DNA of 64,000 nucleotides from a virus: the IMG/VR virus record IMGVR_UViG_3300047157_000137, positions 5,681-69,680 of that record, one strand, 5' to 3'. A model generated the notes under the pieces. That model was not told the origin of the DNA, made no database searches, and was given only the letters and a program-made list of their open reading frames with translations. The position numbers were made by a program, and so were the translations under genes. Numbering within the stretch: position 1 is the first letter of the stretch; the number at the start of each line of letters is the position of its first letter. Of this stretch, positions 44,928-56,031 are shown piece after piece.

Positions 44928-47131
44928 TGTATAAACAAACATTATACAAAGTAATCGATCACATTAAACCACACGTGGTTAAAAGATTAAACAAATCTAA
45001 AAAATGGAAATACGGTTACAATAAAGAACACGATGTTATTGTTATCTCAAGAACCGGCCAAATAGGTGAAGTTTATGAAATACAAAATCTTAAAATAGCA
45101 TTACCAAAGGAAAACAATATTGATAAGGAAAATGACAGGTGGACTACTCATGAATACCCTAAGACGTTAAAAAAAATAAAAACAATATTTGACTGGAAAC
45201 AATATCCAGATGATTTTAAAGATAAATGGTATGCATACATTGATAGAGAATTTGCTAGACGTCACGAAGGTTATTGGTTTACTAATAAAGGTAAAGCTAC
45301 CTATATTACTGGTACTCACTACATGTATTTGCAATGGTCAAAAATTGATGTTGGGCAAGCAGACTTTAGGGAAGCAAACAGATTATTCTATATATTCTGG
45401 GAAGCTTGCAAAGCAGATACAAGATGCTACGGAATGTGTTATCTTAAGAACAGACGTTCAGGATTCTCTTTTATGGCATCGGGCGAAGCTGTTAACATGG
45501 CCACAATATCAAGCGATGCTAGATTCGGTGTCTTATCGAAGTCCGGGGCTGATGCTAAAAAAATGTTTACCGACAAGATCGTACCCATCTCCGTTAATTA
45601 TCCGTTCTTCTTCAAACCGATTCAAGACGGTATGGATAGGCCGAAGACGGAGCTTGCGTACAGAGTCCCAGCCAGTAGATTCACTAGAAAAAAATTAGAT
45701 ACTAACGAACAGTTAGAAGAAATTGAAGGATTAGATACAACTATTGACTGGAAAAATACAGGTGACAATAGTTATGATGGAGAAAAATTAAAACTACTTG
45801 TACACGATGAAAGTGGTAAGTGGGAAAAACCTGACAACATATTAAACAACTGGAGGGTTACAAAAACTTGTTTACGATTAGGATCTAGAATTATAGGTAA
45901 GTGTATGATGGGATCAACGAGTAACGCTCTTGACAAAGGTGGTAGAAACTATAAAAAAATATATGATGACTCAGACGTTACCAAAAGAAACCGCAATGGA
46001 CAGACTAGCTCGGGATTATATAGCTTGTTCATACCTATGGAATGGAACTACGAAGGATACATTGACTCTTATGGGTTACCTGTCTTCGAAACGCCAGAAA
46101 AACCAAAAAAAGGTCCAGACGGTTTCCCAATTGAAATCGGTGTTATCGAGCACTGGGAAAATGAAGTAGATGGCCTTAAGGATGATCCTGATGCACTTAA
46201 TGAATTATACAGACAGTTTCCTCGTACAGAAAAACACGCGTTCAGAGATGAAACAAAACAATCTTTATTTAATCTAACTAAGATTTACGAACAAATTGAT
46301 TATAATGAAGATTTAAAGCATTCAAACGTAGTTACTCAAGGTAATTTTCAGTGGGAAGGTGGGATTAAAGATACAAGTGTTATGTTTACTCCAAGTAAAC
46401 AAGGTAGATTTTTTATTACTTGGGTTCCAGAAACACATCAACAAAATAGATATATAGTTAAAAATGGTATTAAATACCCTGCTAACGAACATATAGGCGC
46501 ATTTGGTTGTGACAGTTATGATATATCAGGAACAGTAGATGGCAGAGGATCAAAAGGTTCTTTACATGGTTTAACTAAGTTTAGCATGGATAACGCTCCT
46601 GCTAATTTGTTTTTTTTAGAATATATATCACGACCACCAACTGCAGAAATATTTTTTGAAGATGTTCTTATGGCATTACATTTTTATGGTATGCCACTTC
46701 TTGCAGAAAACAATAAACCAAGATTATTGTATTATTTAAAACGTAGAGGATATAGAGCATATTCTATGAACAGACCAGATAAAACAATGTATAAATTATC
46801 TGTAGCTGAAAAAGAAATAGGTGGAATACCTAATTCAAGTGAAGATGTTAAACAAGCACACGCTGCTGCTATCGAAGCTTATATTGAAGATTTTGTAGGT
46901 TACAATAACGAGCAATATGGCACAATGTATTTACAAAAAACATTAGAAGATTGGGCTGCATTTGATATAAACAATAGGACTAAACATGATGCTTCAATTA
47001 GTTCTGGTTTAGCAATCATGGCTTGTAATAAAAATAAATATAGACCGGTTGCTGAAATTACAAAAGAAAAAATTAACTTAAATTTTTCTAAATACGACAA
47101 CAAAGGTATTAATTCAAAAATAATTAATTAG
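44927..47131 (+). CDS. terL: Terminase large subunit
   Basis: KNRRSGFS Walker A variant; LLVHDESGK Walker B; GSTSN; FGCDSYD nuclease; AENN; HDASIS. Confidence 0.88.
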   Translation: MYKQTLYKVIDHIKPHVVKRLNKSKKWKYGYNKEHDVIVISRTGQIGEVYEIQNLKIALPKENNIDKENDRWTTHEYPKTLKKIKTIFDWKQYPDDFKDKWYAYIDREFARRHEGYWFTNKGKATYITGTHYMYLQWSKIDVGQADFREANRLFYIFWEACKADTRCYGMCYLKNRRSGFSFMASGEAVNMATISSDARFGVLSKSGADAKKMFTDKIVPISVNYPFFFKPIQDGMDRPKTELAYRVPASRFTRKKLDTNEQLEEIEGLDTTIDWKNTGDNSYDGEKLKLLVHDESGKWEKPDNILNNWRVTKTCLRLGSRIIGKCMMGSTSNALDKGGRNYKKIYDDSDVTKRNRNGQTSSGLYSLFIPMEWNYEGYIDSYGLPVFETPEKPKKGPDGFPIEIGVIEHWENEVDGLKDDPDALNELYRQFPRTEKHAFRDETKQSLFNLTKIYEQIDYNEDLKHSNVVTQGNFQWEGGIKDTSVMFTPSKQGRFFITWVPETHQQNRYIVKNGIKYPANEHIGAFGCDSYDISGTVDGRGSKGSLHGLTKFSMDNAPANLFFLEYISRPPTAEIFFEDVLMALHFYGMPLLAENNKPRLLYYLKRRGYRAYSMNRPDKTMYKLSVAEKEIGGIPNSSEDVKQAHAAAIEAYIEDFVGYNNEQYGTMYLQKTLEDWAAFDINNRTKHDASISSGLAIMACNKNKYRPVAEITKEKINLNFSKYDNKGINSKIIN

Positions 47132-49516
47132 ATGATTAAAACAACTAGTAATAGTTCTTTCCCTAGTCAGGTGGTACCTGAGGCGGAAAAGCGAAGTTGG
47201 GAATACGGTTTGCAAGTAGCTCAAGCCATTGAAAATGAGTGGTTTAGAGGTGGTAGAATAAACAGTAGCCGATGGATGACTGGTTATCAAAATTTTAATA
47301 GACTTAGATTATACGCAAGAGCAGAGCAACCAATACAAAAATATAAAGACGAATTATCTATTAATGGTGATTTGTCTTATTTAAATTTAGACTGGAAACC
47401 AGTACCTATTATACCTAAATTTGTAGATATAGTAGTTAATGGTATCGCATCAAAAGAATATGAGATAAAAGCTTTTGCTCAAGATCCATATTCACAAAAA
47501 CAAAGAACATCATATGCTAATACTATAATGAGAGATACAATGGCAAAACCATTGCTTGATAGTATTAAACAAAACATAGGAGTTAACCTGTATCATTCAT
47601 TAGATCCAGATAATCTTCCTAAAAATAAAGAAGAACTAGAAGTTCACATGCAATTAAGCTATAAGCAATCTGTAGAAATAGCTGAAGAAGAAGTTATAAA
47701 TAGTATACTAGACTTTAACAAATATGATTTAATAAACAAAAGATTAGTAGAAGATATAGTGACAATAGGTATTGGAGCGTGTAAAACTAGTTTTAATAAA
47801 TCTGAAGGAGTAGTTATAGATTATGTTAATCCAGCTAATTTGGTTTATTCATATACTAATGATCCTAACTTCCAAGACTTATATTATGTAGGTGAAGTAA
47901 AATCTATTACATTACCTGAGCTTAAAAAACAATTTTCTGATTTAACTGACGAACAATTATCTCGTATAGCTAAATATCCAGGAAGACAAGGTTACTTACG
48001 AGGTCCAAACTCTGATAATGACGAGATACAGGTTTTATACTTTGAATATAAAACATATGTAGATCAAGTATTTAAAGTAAAGTATACAGAGCAAGGTTTA
48101 GAAAAAGTATTAGAAAAACCTGATACATTTAATCCACCACCTAATGATAATTTTGATAGAGTTTCAAGAAGTATTGAAGTTTTATTTACAGGTGCAAAAG
48201 TAATGGGATTAGAATTAATGTTAGACTGGAAGCTGTCAGAAAACATGACAAGGCCAGAAAGTGATTTAACTAAGGTAAATATGAACTACAATATTGTAGC
48301 ACCTCATATGTACCAAGGTCGTATAGATTCACTTGTAGGTCGTATAACTGGTTTTGCTGATATGATACAGCTTACATCACTTAAACTACAACAGGTGATT
48401 GCTAGGATGGTACCAGACGGTGTATTTGTAGATGTAGATGGTTTAGCAGAGGTTGATTTAGGTAATGGCACTAATTATAATCCACAGGAAGCTTTAAATA
48501 TGTATTTCCAAACTGGTAGTATAGTTGGTAGATCACTAACACAAGATGGTGATCCAAACAGAGGTAAAGTACCAATACAAGAATTACAAACGTCAAGTGC
48601 TAACGGTAAAATACAATCATTAATTAATACTTATCAATATTATTTACAAATGATAAGAGATGTAACCGGTTTAAATGAAGCTAGAGATGGTAGTTTACCA
48701 GAAAGAGATTCATTAGTAGGTTTACAAAAAATGGCTGCTAACGCTTCAAACACAGCAACTAAACATATATTAAAAGCATGTTTATATTTAACGTTGAGAA
48801 CTTGTGAAAACGTATCACTTAGAGTTGCTGACATGTTACAATTTGATTTAACTAATGCTTCTTTATTAGGAACAATAGGTAAATTTAATGTTGCAACTTT
48901 AGAAGAAATACAAAAATTACATTTATATGATTTTGGTATTTATTTAGATTTAGAACCTGAAGAAGAAGAAAAAGCAATGTTAGAGCAAAATATACAAATG
49001 GCTCTACAACAAAACCAAATATATCTTGAGGATGCTATTGATATTAGGGAAATTAAAAACTTAACATTAGCTAATCAAGTATTAAAATACAAAAGAGTTC
49101 AGAAACAAGAACAAGATCAAGCTCAACAACAACAAATGATTGAGTCTCAATCTCAAGCAAATCAACAAGCTACTGAAGCTGCTGCAATGCAAGAAGTTGA
49201 AAAACAACAAGCTTTAGCAGATACGCAGAGTCAAATTGAACAAGCTAAGTCTCAGTTTGAAATACAAAGAATGCAAACAGAAGCTGAAATTAAAAGAGAG
49301 CTTATGGCTCAAGAGTTTGAATATGATGTCAAGTTAAAGAAAATGGATATTGACATTAACAAACAAAAAGAAAAAGAAATAGAAGATCGCAAAGATCAAA
49401 GAACAAAAATACAAGCTACACAGCAATCACAAATGATTAGTCAACGTCAGTCGGGCGGAGTTCCTACTGATTTTGAAGCACCTAGCTCAGCAGATCTTTC
49501 TGGGTTTTCTATATAG
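47132..49516 (+). CDS. Portal protein
   Basis: 794 aa after terL; PIIPKFVDIVV, RDVTGLNEARDG, Gln-rich C-terminal coil. Confidence 0.82.
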   Translation: MIKTTSNSSFPSQVVPEAEKRSWEYGLQVAQAIENEWFRGGRINSSRWMTGYQNFNRLRLYARAEQPIQKYKDELSINGDLSYLNLDWKPVPIIPKFVDIVVNGIASKEYEIKAFAQDPYSQKQRTSYANTIMRDTMAKPLLDSIKQNIGVNLYHSLDPDNLPKNKEELEVHMQLSYKQSVEIAEEEVINSILDFNKYDLINKRLVEDIVTIGIGACKTSFNKSEGVVIDYVNPANLVYSYTNDPNFQDLYYVGEVKSITLPELKKQFSDLTDEQLSRIAKYPGRQGYLRGPNSDNDEIQVLYFEYKTYVDQVFKVKYTEQGLEKVLEKPDTFNPPPNDNFDRVSRSIEVLFTGAKVMGLELMLDWKLSENMTRPESDLTKVNMNYNIVAPHMYQGRIDSLVGRITGFADMIQLTSLKLQQVIARMVPDGVFVDVDGLAEVDLGNGTNYNPQEALNMYFQTGSIVGRSLTQDGDPNRGKVPIQELQTSSANGKIQSLINTYQYYLQMIRDVTGLNEARDGSLPERDSLVGLQKMAANASNTATKHILKACLYLTLRTCENVSLRVADMLQFDLTNASLLGTIGKFNVATLEEIQKLHLYDFGIYLDLEPEEEEKAMLEQNIQMALQQNQIYLEDAIDIREIKNLTLANQVLKYKRVQKQEQDQAQQQQMIESQSQANQQATEAAAMQEVEKQQALADTQSQIEQAKSQFEIQRMQTEAEIKRELMAQEFEYDVKLKKMDIDINKQKEKEIEDRKDQRTKIQATQQSQMISQRQSGGVPTDFEAPSSADLSGFSI

Positions 49517-49553
49517 TTATTAAACTATTTATTAATTTTTATTATATTATATT

Positions 49554-50741
49554 ATGTCAGAACAAATTAAACAAGAGGGTGAGTTTAAAATTAAAAAAAC
49601 TACACCTAAAAAATTTAAACAAGATGAACCTGTTAAAATAGATTTATCTAAAATTAAAGAAGAAAAAGATGCCGTTCAAACACAAGAGACAAATGTGGGC
49701 GATGCTCCTGTCGAAAAACAACAAGACAGTAAAGACAGCCAAGCAGTGGTTGAAGACGTACGGTCCACCGAAGAAGAAGTAAAACCAGTTATTGAAGAAA
49801 TAATTGAAGAACCTGTTGAAGATAAAAAGGTAGAAGAAGAAGAAGAAGTTGTTGAAATAGGAGAAAAAATGGAGAAAAAAATAACTCCACCTACTCCTGA
49901 AGAAGTAAGAGAAGTTGCTTCACTACCAGAAAACATCGAGAAAGTCGTAGACTTTATGAAAGAAACAGGTGGTACATTAGAGGATTATGTTAGATTAAAC
50001 GCTGACTATGCTAATGTAGATAATGATACTTTATTAAGAGAGTATTATAAACAAACGAAATCTCATCTCAATTCAGAAGAAATTGATTTTTTAATAGATG
50101 ACAATTTTTCTTTTGATGAAGAGATTGATGAAGAGCGAGTAGTTAAAAAAACTAAACTCGCCTATAAAGAAGAGGTTGCAAAAGCCCGAAAGCATTTAGA
50201 TGGTTTAAAGAGTAAGTATTACGAGGAGATCAAGTTGAGACCCGGAGTTACTCAAGACCAACAAAAAGCAATGGACTTTTTCAATCGCTATAACGAAGAG
50301 CAAGACATAGCTTCTCAACAACATGAAGATTTTAGATCTGAAACTAAAGATTACTTTGCTAATGAATTCAAAGGTTTTGATTTCAAAATAGGAGATAAAA
50401 AATTTAGATATGGAGTTAAAAATCCTAATGAGGTTGCAGAAAAACAATCTAATATTACCAACACGATTAAGAAGTTCTTATCCACAGATGGTAGCATTAA
50501 AGATGTTAGTGGTTATCACAAAGCTATTTATGCTGCTGAAAACGCGGATACTATTGCACAGCATTTTTATGATCAGGGTAAAGCCGATGCTATAAAAGGT
50601 GTTGTTGCAAAAACCAAAAACATAAGCAATGAAACTAGAGCTACAGCTCCAAGTGATGTTTTTGTTGGCGGTTATAAAGTTAAAGCTGTTACAGGTCTTG
50701 ATTCTTCAAAATTGAAAATTAAAACAAAAAACTTTAACTAA
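49554..50741 (+). CDS. Capsid scaffolding/assembly protein
   Basis: Very acidic N-terminus; located between portal and capsid genes. Confidence 0.65.
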   Translation: MSEQIKQEGEFKIKKTTPKKFKQDEPVKIDLSKIKEEKDAVQTQETNVGDAPVEKQQDSKDSQAVVEDVRSTEEEVKPVIEEIIEEPVEDKKVEEEEEVVEIGEKMEKKITPPTPEEVREVASLPENIEKVVDFMKETGGTLEDYVRLNADYANVDNDTLLREYYKQTKSHLNSEEIDFLIDDNFSFDEEIDEERVVKKTKLAYKEEVAKARKHLDGLKSKYYEEIKLRPGVTQDQQKAMDFFNRYNEEQDIASQQHEDFRSETKDYFANEFKGFDFKIGDKKFRYGVKNPNEVAEKQSNITNTIKKFLSTDGSIKDVSGYHKAIYAAENADTIAQHFYDQGKADAIKGVVAKTKNISNETRATAPSDVFVGGYKVKAVTGLDSSKLKIKTKNFN

Positions 50742-50758
50742 AATAATTTAAAACTATT

Positions 50759-52270
50759 ATGGGATCAATTAATCCAATTTATGGAAGTATTTTACCTTCC
50801 TTAACTCAACAAGCTCTTCAATCAAACTACCTAAGTTTTACTGATGCTGCTGGCGGTAACTTCGCGCAACAATACTTACCAGAAGTATATGAACAAGAAG
50901 TTGAAAGATATGGGAACAGAACCTTATCTGGATTTTTAAGAATGGTTGGCGCTGAAATGCCAATGACATCTGACCAAGTTGTTTGGTCTGAGCAAAACAG
51001 ACTTCATATTGCATATGATGGTTGTTATATAGATGACGATACTGCTGCTGATGCAGGTGTTGTAACTATACCTACTAATGATAATGCTGCTCCTTGGACT
51101 GGTACTAATCAAGCTATTAACGTAATCAATGAAAACGACACTGTTGTTTTAATGAACGTTAACTCAGGTGTAACTATCAAAGCTGTCGTTTCTAACGTAG
51201 CAGCTGGTGGTGGTACTACTACTGATGTAACTTGTTTAGCTTTTCAAGAAGTTAATTTACGTACTTTAGGTGTTGGTGCTGCAGGTGTTAACCCTATCAA
51301 ACTATTTGTATATGGTTCAGTATTTGCAAAAGGAACTGTTGGTAATCCTAACAAATCTGCACAACCACAATTCACACAATTTCACAACACACCAATTATT
51401 ATAAAAGACAGATACCAAATTTCTGGTTCTGACACTGCACAGATTGGTTGGGTAGAAGTTGCTACTGAAGATGGTACATCAGGATACTTATGGTATCTAA
51501 AGTCTGAGTCTGAAACAAGACTAAGATTTGATGACTACTTAGAAATGGCAATGATTGAAGGTGAAAAAGCTGCAATCAACGGTGTTGACGGTGCTGCTGC
51601 TGATGGTATGTTCCAAGCTGGTAAAGCTGGTGTACCTGGATTTACAGCTGTAAACGCTCATGGTACTGAAGGTTTATTTGCTGCTATTCAAGGAAGAGGT
51701 AATATTATGTCTGGTTTTTCTGCTGGAACTGGTATTTCTGATTTTGATCAAATCCTTAAAAACTTAGATACTCAAGGAGCTATTGAAGAAAACATGCTTT
51801 TCTTAAACAGAGCTACTGATTTAGGTTTTGACGATATGCTATCTCAAATCTCTAGCGGTTACTCTGGTGGTACTGCTTATGGTTTATTTGAAAACTCTGA
51901 GCAAATGGCACTTAACCTAGGTTTCTCTGGTTTCAGAAGAGGTTCTTATGACTTCTACAAAACTAGCTGGAAATACTTAAACGACGCTTCTACAAGAGGT
52001 GCTGTTGGTACTCCTGGAATCGATGGTGTATTGATACCTGCTGGAACTTCAACTGTTTATGACCAAGTATTAGGTACAAACATTAGAAGACCGTTCTTGC
52101 ACGTAAGATACAGAGCTTCACAAGCTGACGACAGAAGATATAAAAACTGGATCACTGGATCTGTTGGAGGTGCTTACACTTCTGATTTAGATGCAATGGA
52201 AGTCCACTTTTTATCTGAAAGATGTCTTGTTACTCAAGCTGCTAACAATTTCGTATTGTTCCAAGCTTAA
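50759..52270 (+). CDS. Major capsid protein
   Basis: Position after scaffold; strongly biased codon use; QQYLPE, WSEQNRLH, TEGLFAAI; strong hairpin downstream. Confidence 0.82.
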   Translation: MGSINPIYGSILPSLTQQALQSNYLSFTDAAGGNFAQQYLPEVYEQEVERYGNRTLSGFLRMVGAEMPMTSDQVVWSEQNRLHIAYDGCYIDDDTAADAGVVTIPTNDNAAPWTGTNQAINVINENDTVVLMNVNSGVTIKAVVSNVAAGGGTTTDVTCLAFQEVNLRTLGVGAAGVNPIKLFVYGSVFAKGTVGNPNKSAQPQFTQFHNTPIIIKDRYQISGSDTAQIGWVEVATEDGTSGYLWYLKSESETRLRFDDYLEMAMIEGEKAAINGVDGAAADGMFQAGKAGVPGFTAVNAHGTEGLFAAIQGRGNIMSGFSAGTGISDFDQILKNLDTQGAIEENMLFLNRATDLGFDDMLSQISSGYSGGTAYGLFENSEQMALNLGFSGFRRGSYDFYKTSWKYLNDASTRGAVGTPGIDGVLIPAGTSTVYDQVLGTNIRRPFLHVRYRASQADDRRYKNWITGSVGGAYTSDLDAMEVHFLSERCLVTQAANNFVLFQA

Positions 52271-52284
52271 GATTACTATAAAGC

Positions 52285-52339
52285 GTTAGGGGTGTCAAAA
52301 AGCAAAGGCTCAAAAAGGCACCCCAACCTTTATTTTTTT
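52285..52339 (+). terminator. Terminator after the capsid gene
   Basis: GTTAGGGGTGTC...GGCACCCCAAC stem followed by a T-rich tract. Confidence 0.7.
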
Positions 52340-52361
52340 ATTAATTATATTATATTATATC

Positions 52362-53126
52362 ATGTCAAAAACAAAAGAAATTAAAGCCCCTAAATGGGAG
52401 ATTAAAAATAGATCCTATAAATTAGCAGGACCTCACGCACCTCTTACATTCACACTTCAATCTAAACATAGTTCTAGATACCCTTTATTATGGTTTGATA
52501 ATGAAACTGGTGAACAAAGAGAGTTAAGGTATGCTACTAATCAAAACTCTCCGTTTGTAGATGAACAAAAAGGAGAATGTACATTAGGTCATATTATTTT
52601 TGAAAATGGAATACTTGTTGTTCCAAAACAAAAAATAAATTTACAAAAATTATTATCATTATATCACCCTAAAAAAGGTTTTAAATATAATGAAGTTATG
52701 CCTGCTAAACAAGCGGCAGATCAATTAGATCAGATGGACTATCAATTAGATGCAATGAATGCAGCTAAAAATCTTGAAATAGATCATGCAGAAGCAATTC
52801 TTAGAGTTGAAAAAGGAAGTGATGTAGCAAATATGAGTTCTAAAGAAATTAAAAGAGATGTTATGCTTATGGCAAAACAAAATCCAGCTAATTTCTTAGC
52901 TATAGCTTCTGATGAAAATGTAGGCTTAAGAAATGTAGGTATAAAAGCTGTTGAGCAATCAATAGTTAAAATATCTCAAGACCAAAGAAGTTTCCATTGG
53001 GGATCAAATGATAGAAAACTTATGACTGTTCCTTTTGATGAAAACCCATACTCAGCATTAGCTGCTTGGTTTAAAACTGATGAAGGCGTAGAAGTTTTCA
53101 GAACAATTCAGAAAAAGTTACAATAA
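52362..53126 (+). CDS. Hypothetical protein following the major capsid gene
   Basis: 254-aa ORF, RELRYATNQNSPFVDEQ. Confidence 0.7.
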   Translation: MSKTKEIKAPKWEIKNRSYKLAGPHAPLTFTLQSKHSSRYPLLWFDNETGEQRELRYATNQNSPFVDEQKGECTLGHIIFENGILVVPKQKINLQKLLSLYHPKKGFKYNEVMPAKQAADQLDQMDYQLDAMNAAKNLEIDHAEAILRVEKGSDVANMSSKEIKRDVMLMAKQNPANFLAIASDENVGLRNVGIKAVEQSIVKISQDQRSFHWGSNDRKLMTVPFDENPYSALAAWFKTDEGVEVFRTIQKKLQ

Positions 53127-53141
53127 TATGTAACTATAATT

Positions 53142-53177
53142 ATAGTGAAGGGTCACTATTGTGGCCCTAATCACTAT
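53142..53177 (+). other. Intergenic hairpin (processing, stabilising or terminator element)
   Basis: ATAGTGA-AGGGTCAC-TATT-GTGGCCCT-AA-TCACTAT. Confidence 0.6.
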
Positions 53178-53193
53178 TAACTAAAATATTAAA

Positions 53194-54117
53194 ATGGCAA
53201 TAAACGTAAATACTGTATATCAAACCGTTTTATTAATACTAAATAAAGAGCAGAGAGGTTATATGACACCTGTTGAGTTTAATAAAATAGGTGCTCAAGT
53301 TCAATTAGAAATATTTGAATCATACTTTGATAGCTTGAACCAGCAATTACGTGTTCCACAAGCAGACGTCGATTACTCTGATAGAGTAATGAATTTAGAC
53401 GAGAAAATATCTATATTTAAAACATCAGGTGCAGCTATATATGACGCACCTTCTTTTTCTTTACCCAAAGAATCTGGTGTTGCTCAATCTACAGAGACAT
53501 TAAGCACCATAATTAATCAACAAGCTTATACATATACTACGTTAACATCTAATCAGTTGTCTAACGGTACAGTTCAAGTTTACTTTGATGGAGTGTTACA
53601 ACCTTCTTCAGCTTATACTATAACTAACAATATTATATCATTAACAGTATCACCAGCTTCGGTTTTTACTGTTTTGACAGTTGTTGATTCAAATGATTTT
53701 TATAGGTTAGGCACAGTGACTTATCAAGCTGGTGCATTGCCTTATTATGAATTAGAAAGAGTTGGTAAAAGTGAATTATATCATTTATTAAGTTCTAATT
53801 TAACAAAACCTTCTACTAGAAATCCTATTTATACATATGCAAATCAAAAAATAACTGTATATCCAAGCACTATAGTTAGCGGAATTAATGTAGATTATAT
53901 AAGAAAACCTTTAGCTCCTATATGGAATTTTAGCTTAAACGGAAATGCTTATCAATATAACGAAGCTACCTCAGTAAACTTTGAACTACATGATGCAGAT
54001 CAAACAGAATTAATATTAAAAATATTATTATATGCGGGTGTTGTAGTAAAAAGTATGGAAATTGTACAAATTGCAGATCAACAAGTACAACAAGAAAACA
54101 TTAATCAACAAAGATAA
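53194..54117 (+). CDS. Putative head-tail adaptor / tail ring protein with inserted beta domain
   Basis: NKEQRGY, ITVYP, YIRKP, FELH motifs; insertion VQVYFDGVLQ. Confidence 0.6.
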   Translation: MAINVNTVYQTVLLILNKEQRGYMTPVEFNKIGAQVQLEIFESYFDSLNQQLRVPQADVDYSDRVMNLDEKISIFKTSGAAIYDAPSFSLPKESGVAQSTETLSTIINQQAYTYTTLTSNQLSNGTVQVYFDGVLQPSSAYTITNNIISLTVSPASVFTVLTVVDSNDFYRLGTVTYQAGALPYYELERVGKSELYHLLSSNLTKPSTRNPIYTYANQKITVYPSTIVSGINVDYIRKPLAPIWNFSLNGNAYQYNEATSVNFELHDADQTELILKILLYAGVVVKSMEIVQIADQQVQQENINQQR

Positions 54118-54123
54118 TAAAGC

Positions 54124-56028
54124 ATGTCAAGACCTAATGGTGGTTTAATAACCGAAACTAATAGACAATATTACGCTGGAGCTCAGCAGTTTTATATAGA
54201 CACTACCGGTTCAGGTAAAACGTTTACATCAACTTTTGATACTGATTTAGTTTTTGGAGGTTCTGATCCTGCGACAGGAGATTTTAATAAAAACAATTTT
54301 AAATTATTTACTAGCCCTGATGCAACTGTATGGACTGAGCTAACTCCATCTAGTTCAAGCGAAACAGGTATAGTTACAAACGCAACAGGTGTTGCAAGTA
54401 CATCAGTAGATTTAACAACTTATAATTCAGATATACAAGTTGGTATGACGGTTACAGGTTTAGGTGTAGACTCAGGAACAACTGTTCTTTCTACAATTAA
54501 CCCAGGTACTTCAATAACAGGCAACGCTTATGTTCCTTTTGTTACAGGTAACATAGGGTCTATATTAAGTAACTATAGCGTTATAATGACTGCAAATATA
54601 ACAGCAGATATACAAGCTTTAGGGGCTAATGCTGTTGTTGATGATCCTAATCCTGCAGGGGTTGGAACTTTTACAGTATATGATCCACCAACTTTTTTAC
54701 AAAGTGTATCTACTAACGCTGGTGTTACAACTGTTGTATGGAATAAACTACAATCTGGTACTGCTAATGGAATGCTTCTTAGGTTTCAACCAGCGATTAC
54801 AGGTACTACAACACTTACATTAAGCGCTTATAATGCTAGTATAGTTGCTGGTATGGGCGTAAGTGGACCGTATGTATCAAGTGGTACTATAGTTGTTAGT
54901 AATACAAATTCTGGAGGTAGAAGTGTTATAGTGTTAAGTAAAGTAATGACACAAAGAGCTGATAGTAATGGTGCTTACAGTTTTTTTAAACAAGAAATTA
55001 CTCTTAATAAAAACGCTACAGTTGTTGATACTGAGGTTTTAACTTTTAAAAACGCTAGTCCTTTTACTGCTGCAAACAATATAGTTACTGTTAATGTATT
55101 TTTAGCAGCTGGAACATATTTAAAAATACAATTAGATGAAACAACGATGTGGGATAACAACGGTAGTTATGGTTATACCACATTGCATGATATAATTGAT
55201 AATTTTCTTATTGCTTATGTAGGAGCTGGCAAGCTTATACCTAGTGTAAAAAGAACAGATGTAATATTTCATGCAAAAAGAGGATTACAAGAATTTAGTT
55301 ATGACACATTACAAAGTGTTAAATCACAAGAGGTAAGTATACCACAAAGTTTATCTATTATTATACCACAAGATTTTGTTAATTATGTAAGATTATCGTG
55401 GATAGATGAATTAGGTGTTCAACATACTATATTTCCGGCAAACACTTTAACTAGTAATCCTTATACAACACCAGCGCAAGATAATTTAGGTGTTCCTACT
55501 CAAGACAATATAGAGGAAAATATAGAAGGTACATCGGTTATAAATGAAAGATGGGCTGGTACTGATCCAGCAAGAATTAGTGGAGCATTAATGACTAATC
55601 AAGGTGATCAAGTTGCAGATATATATAGAACTATGTGGGGTGATGGTTATACAACTTGGTTAGGCCAAAGATATGGTATGAATCCAGAAACAAGTCAAAG
55701 AAACGGCTGGTTTACTATAGATGAAAGAAAAGGTATGTTTACTTTTACTAATAATTTAAAAAACAAAATAGTTCTTATAGAGTATATATCTGATGGTAAC
55801 GCTTATGAAATGGATACACGTATACCAAAAATGGCAGAAGAAGCTTTATATGCACATATTATACACGCTATATTAAGTGTTTCAACAAATGTACAAGAAT
55901 ATGTTATAAGAAGATTTAAACAAGAAAGAAGTGCTAAACTAAGAAATGCTAAAATTAGATTATCTAATATAAAACTTGATCAAATAATGCAAGTAATGAG
56001 AGGTAAATCTAAATGGCTTAAATTTTAA
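54124..56028 (+). CDS. Putative tail ring/structural protein with inserted beta modules
   Basis: FHAKRGLQEFSYD, PQDFVNYVRLSW, EYISDG, RNAKIRLS. Confidence 0.6.
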   Translation: MSRPNGGLITETNRQYYAGAQQFYIDTTGSGKTFTSTFDTDLVFGGSDPATGDFNKNNFKLFTSPDATVWTELTPSSSSETGIVTNATGVASTSVDLTTYNSDIQVGMTVTGLGVDSGTTVLSTINPGTSITGNAYVPFVTGNIGSILSNYSVIMTANITADIQALGANAVVDDPNPAGVGTFTVYDPPTFLQSVSTNAGVTTVVWNKLQSGTANGMLLRFQPAITGTTTLTLSAYNASIVAGMGVSGPYVSSGTIVVSNTNSGGRSVIVLSKVMTQRADSNGAYSFFKQEITLNKNATVVDTEVLTFKNASPFTAANNIVTVNVFLAAGTYLKIQLDETTMWDNNGSYGYTTLHDIIDNFLIAYVGAGKLIPSVKRTDVIFHAKRGLQEFSYDTLQSVKSQEVSIPQSLSIIIPQDFVNYVRLSWIDELGVQHTIFPANTLTSNPYTTPAQDNLGVPTQDNIEENIEGTSVINERWAGTDPARISGALMTNQGDQVADIYRTMWGDGYTTWLGQRYGMNPETSQRNGWFTIDERKGMFTFTNNLKNKIVLIEYISDGNAYEMDTRIPKMAEEALYAHIIHAILSVSTNVQEYVIRRFKQERSAKLRNAKIRLSNIKLDQIMQVMRGKSKWLKF

Positions 56029-56031
56029 TAC

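Noticed and set aside
45189-45698. Alternative-frame and antisense ORFs in the track (for example 501..1010, 4199..4582, 32679..33182, 37167..37640, 45189..45698)
   Set aside because: They overlap well-supported genes and show no motifs; treated as shadow ORFs
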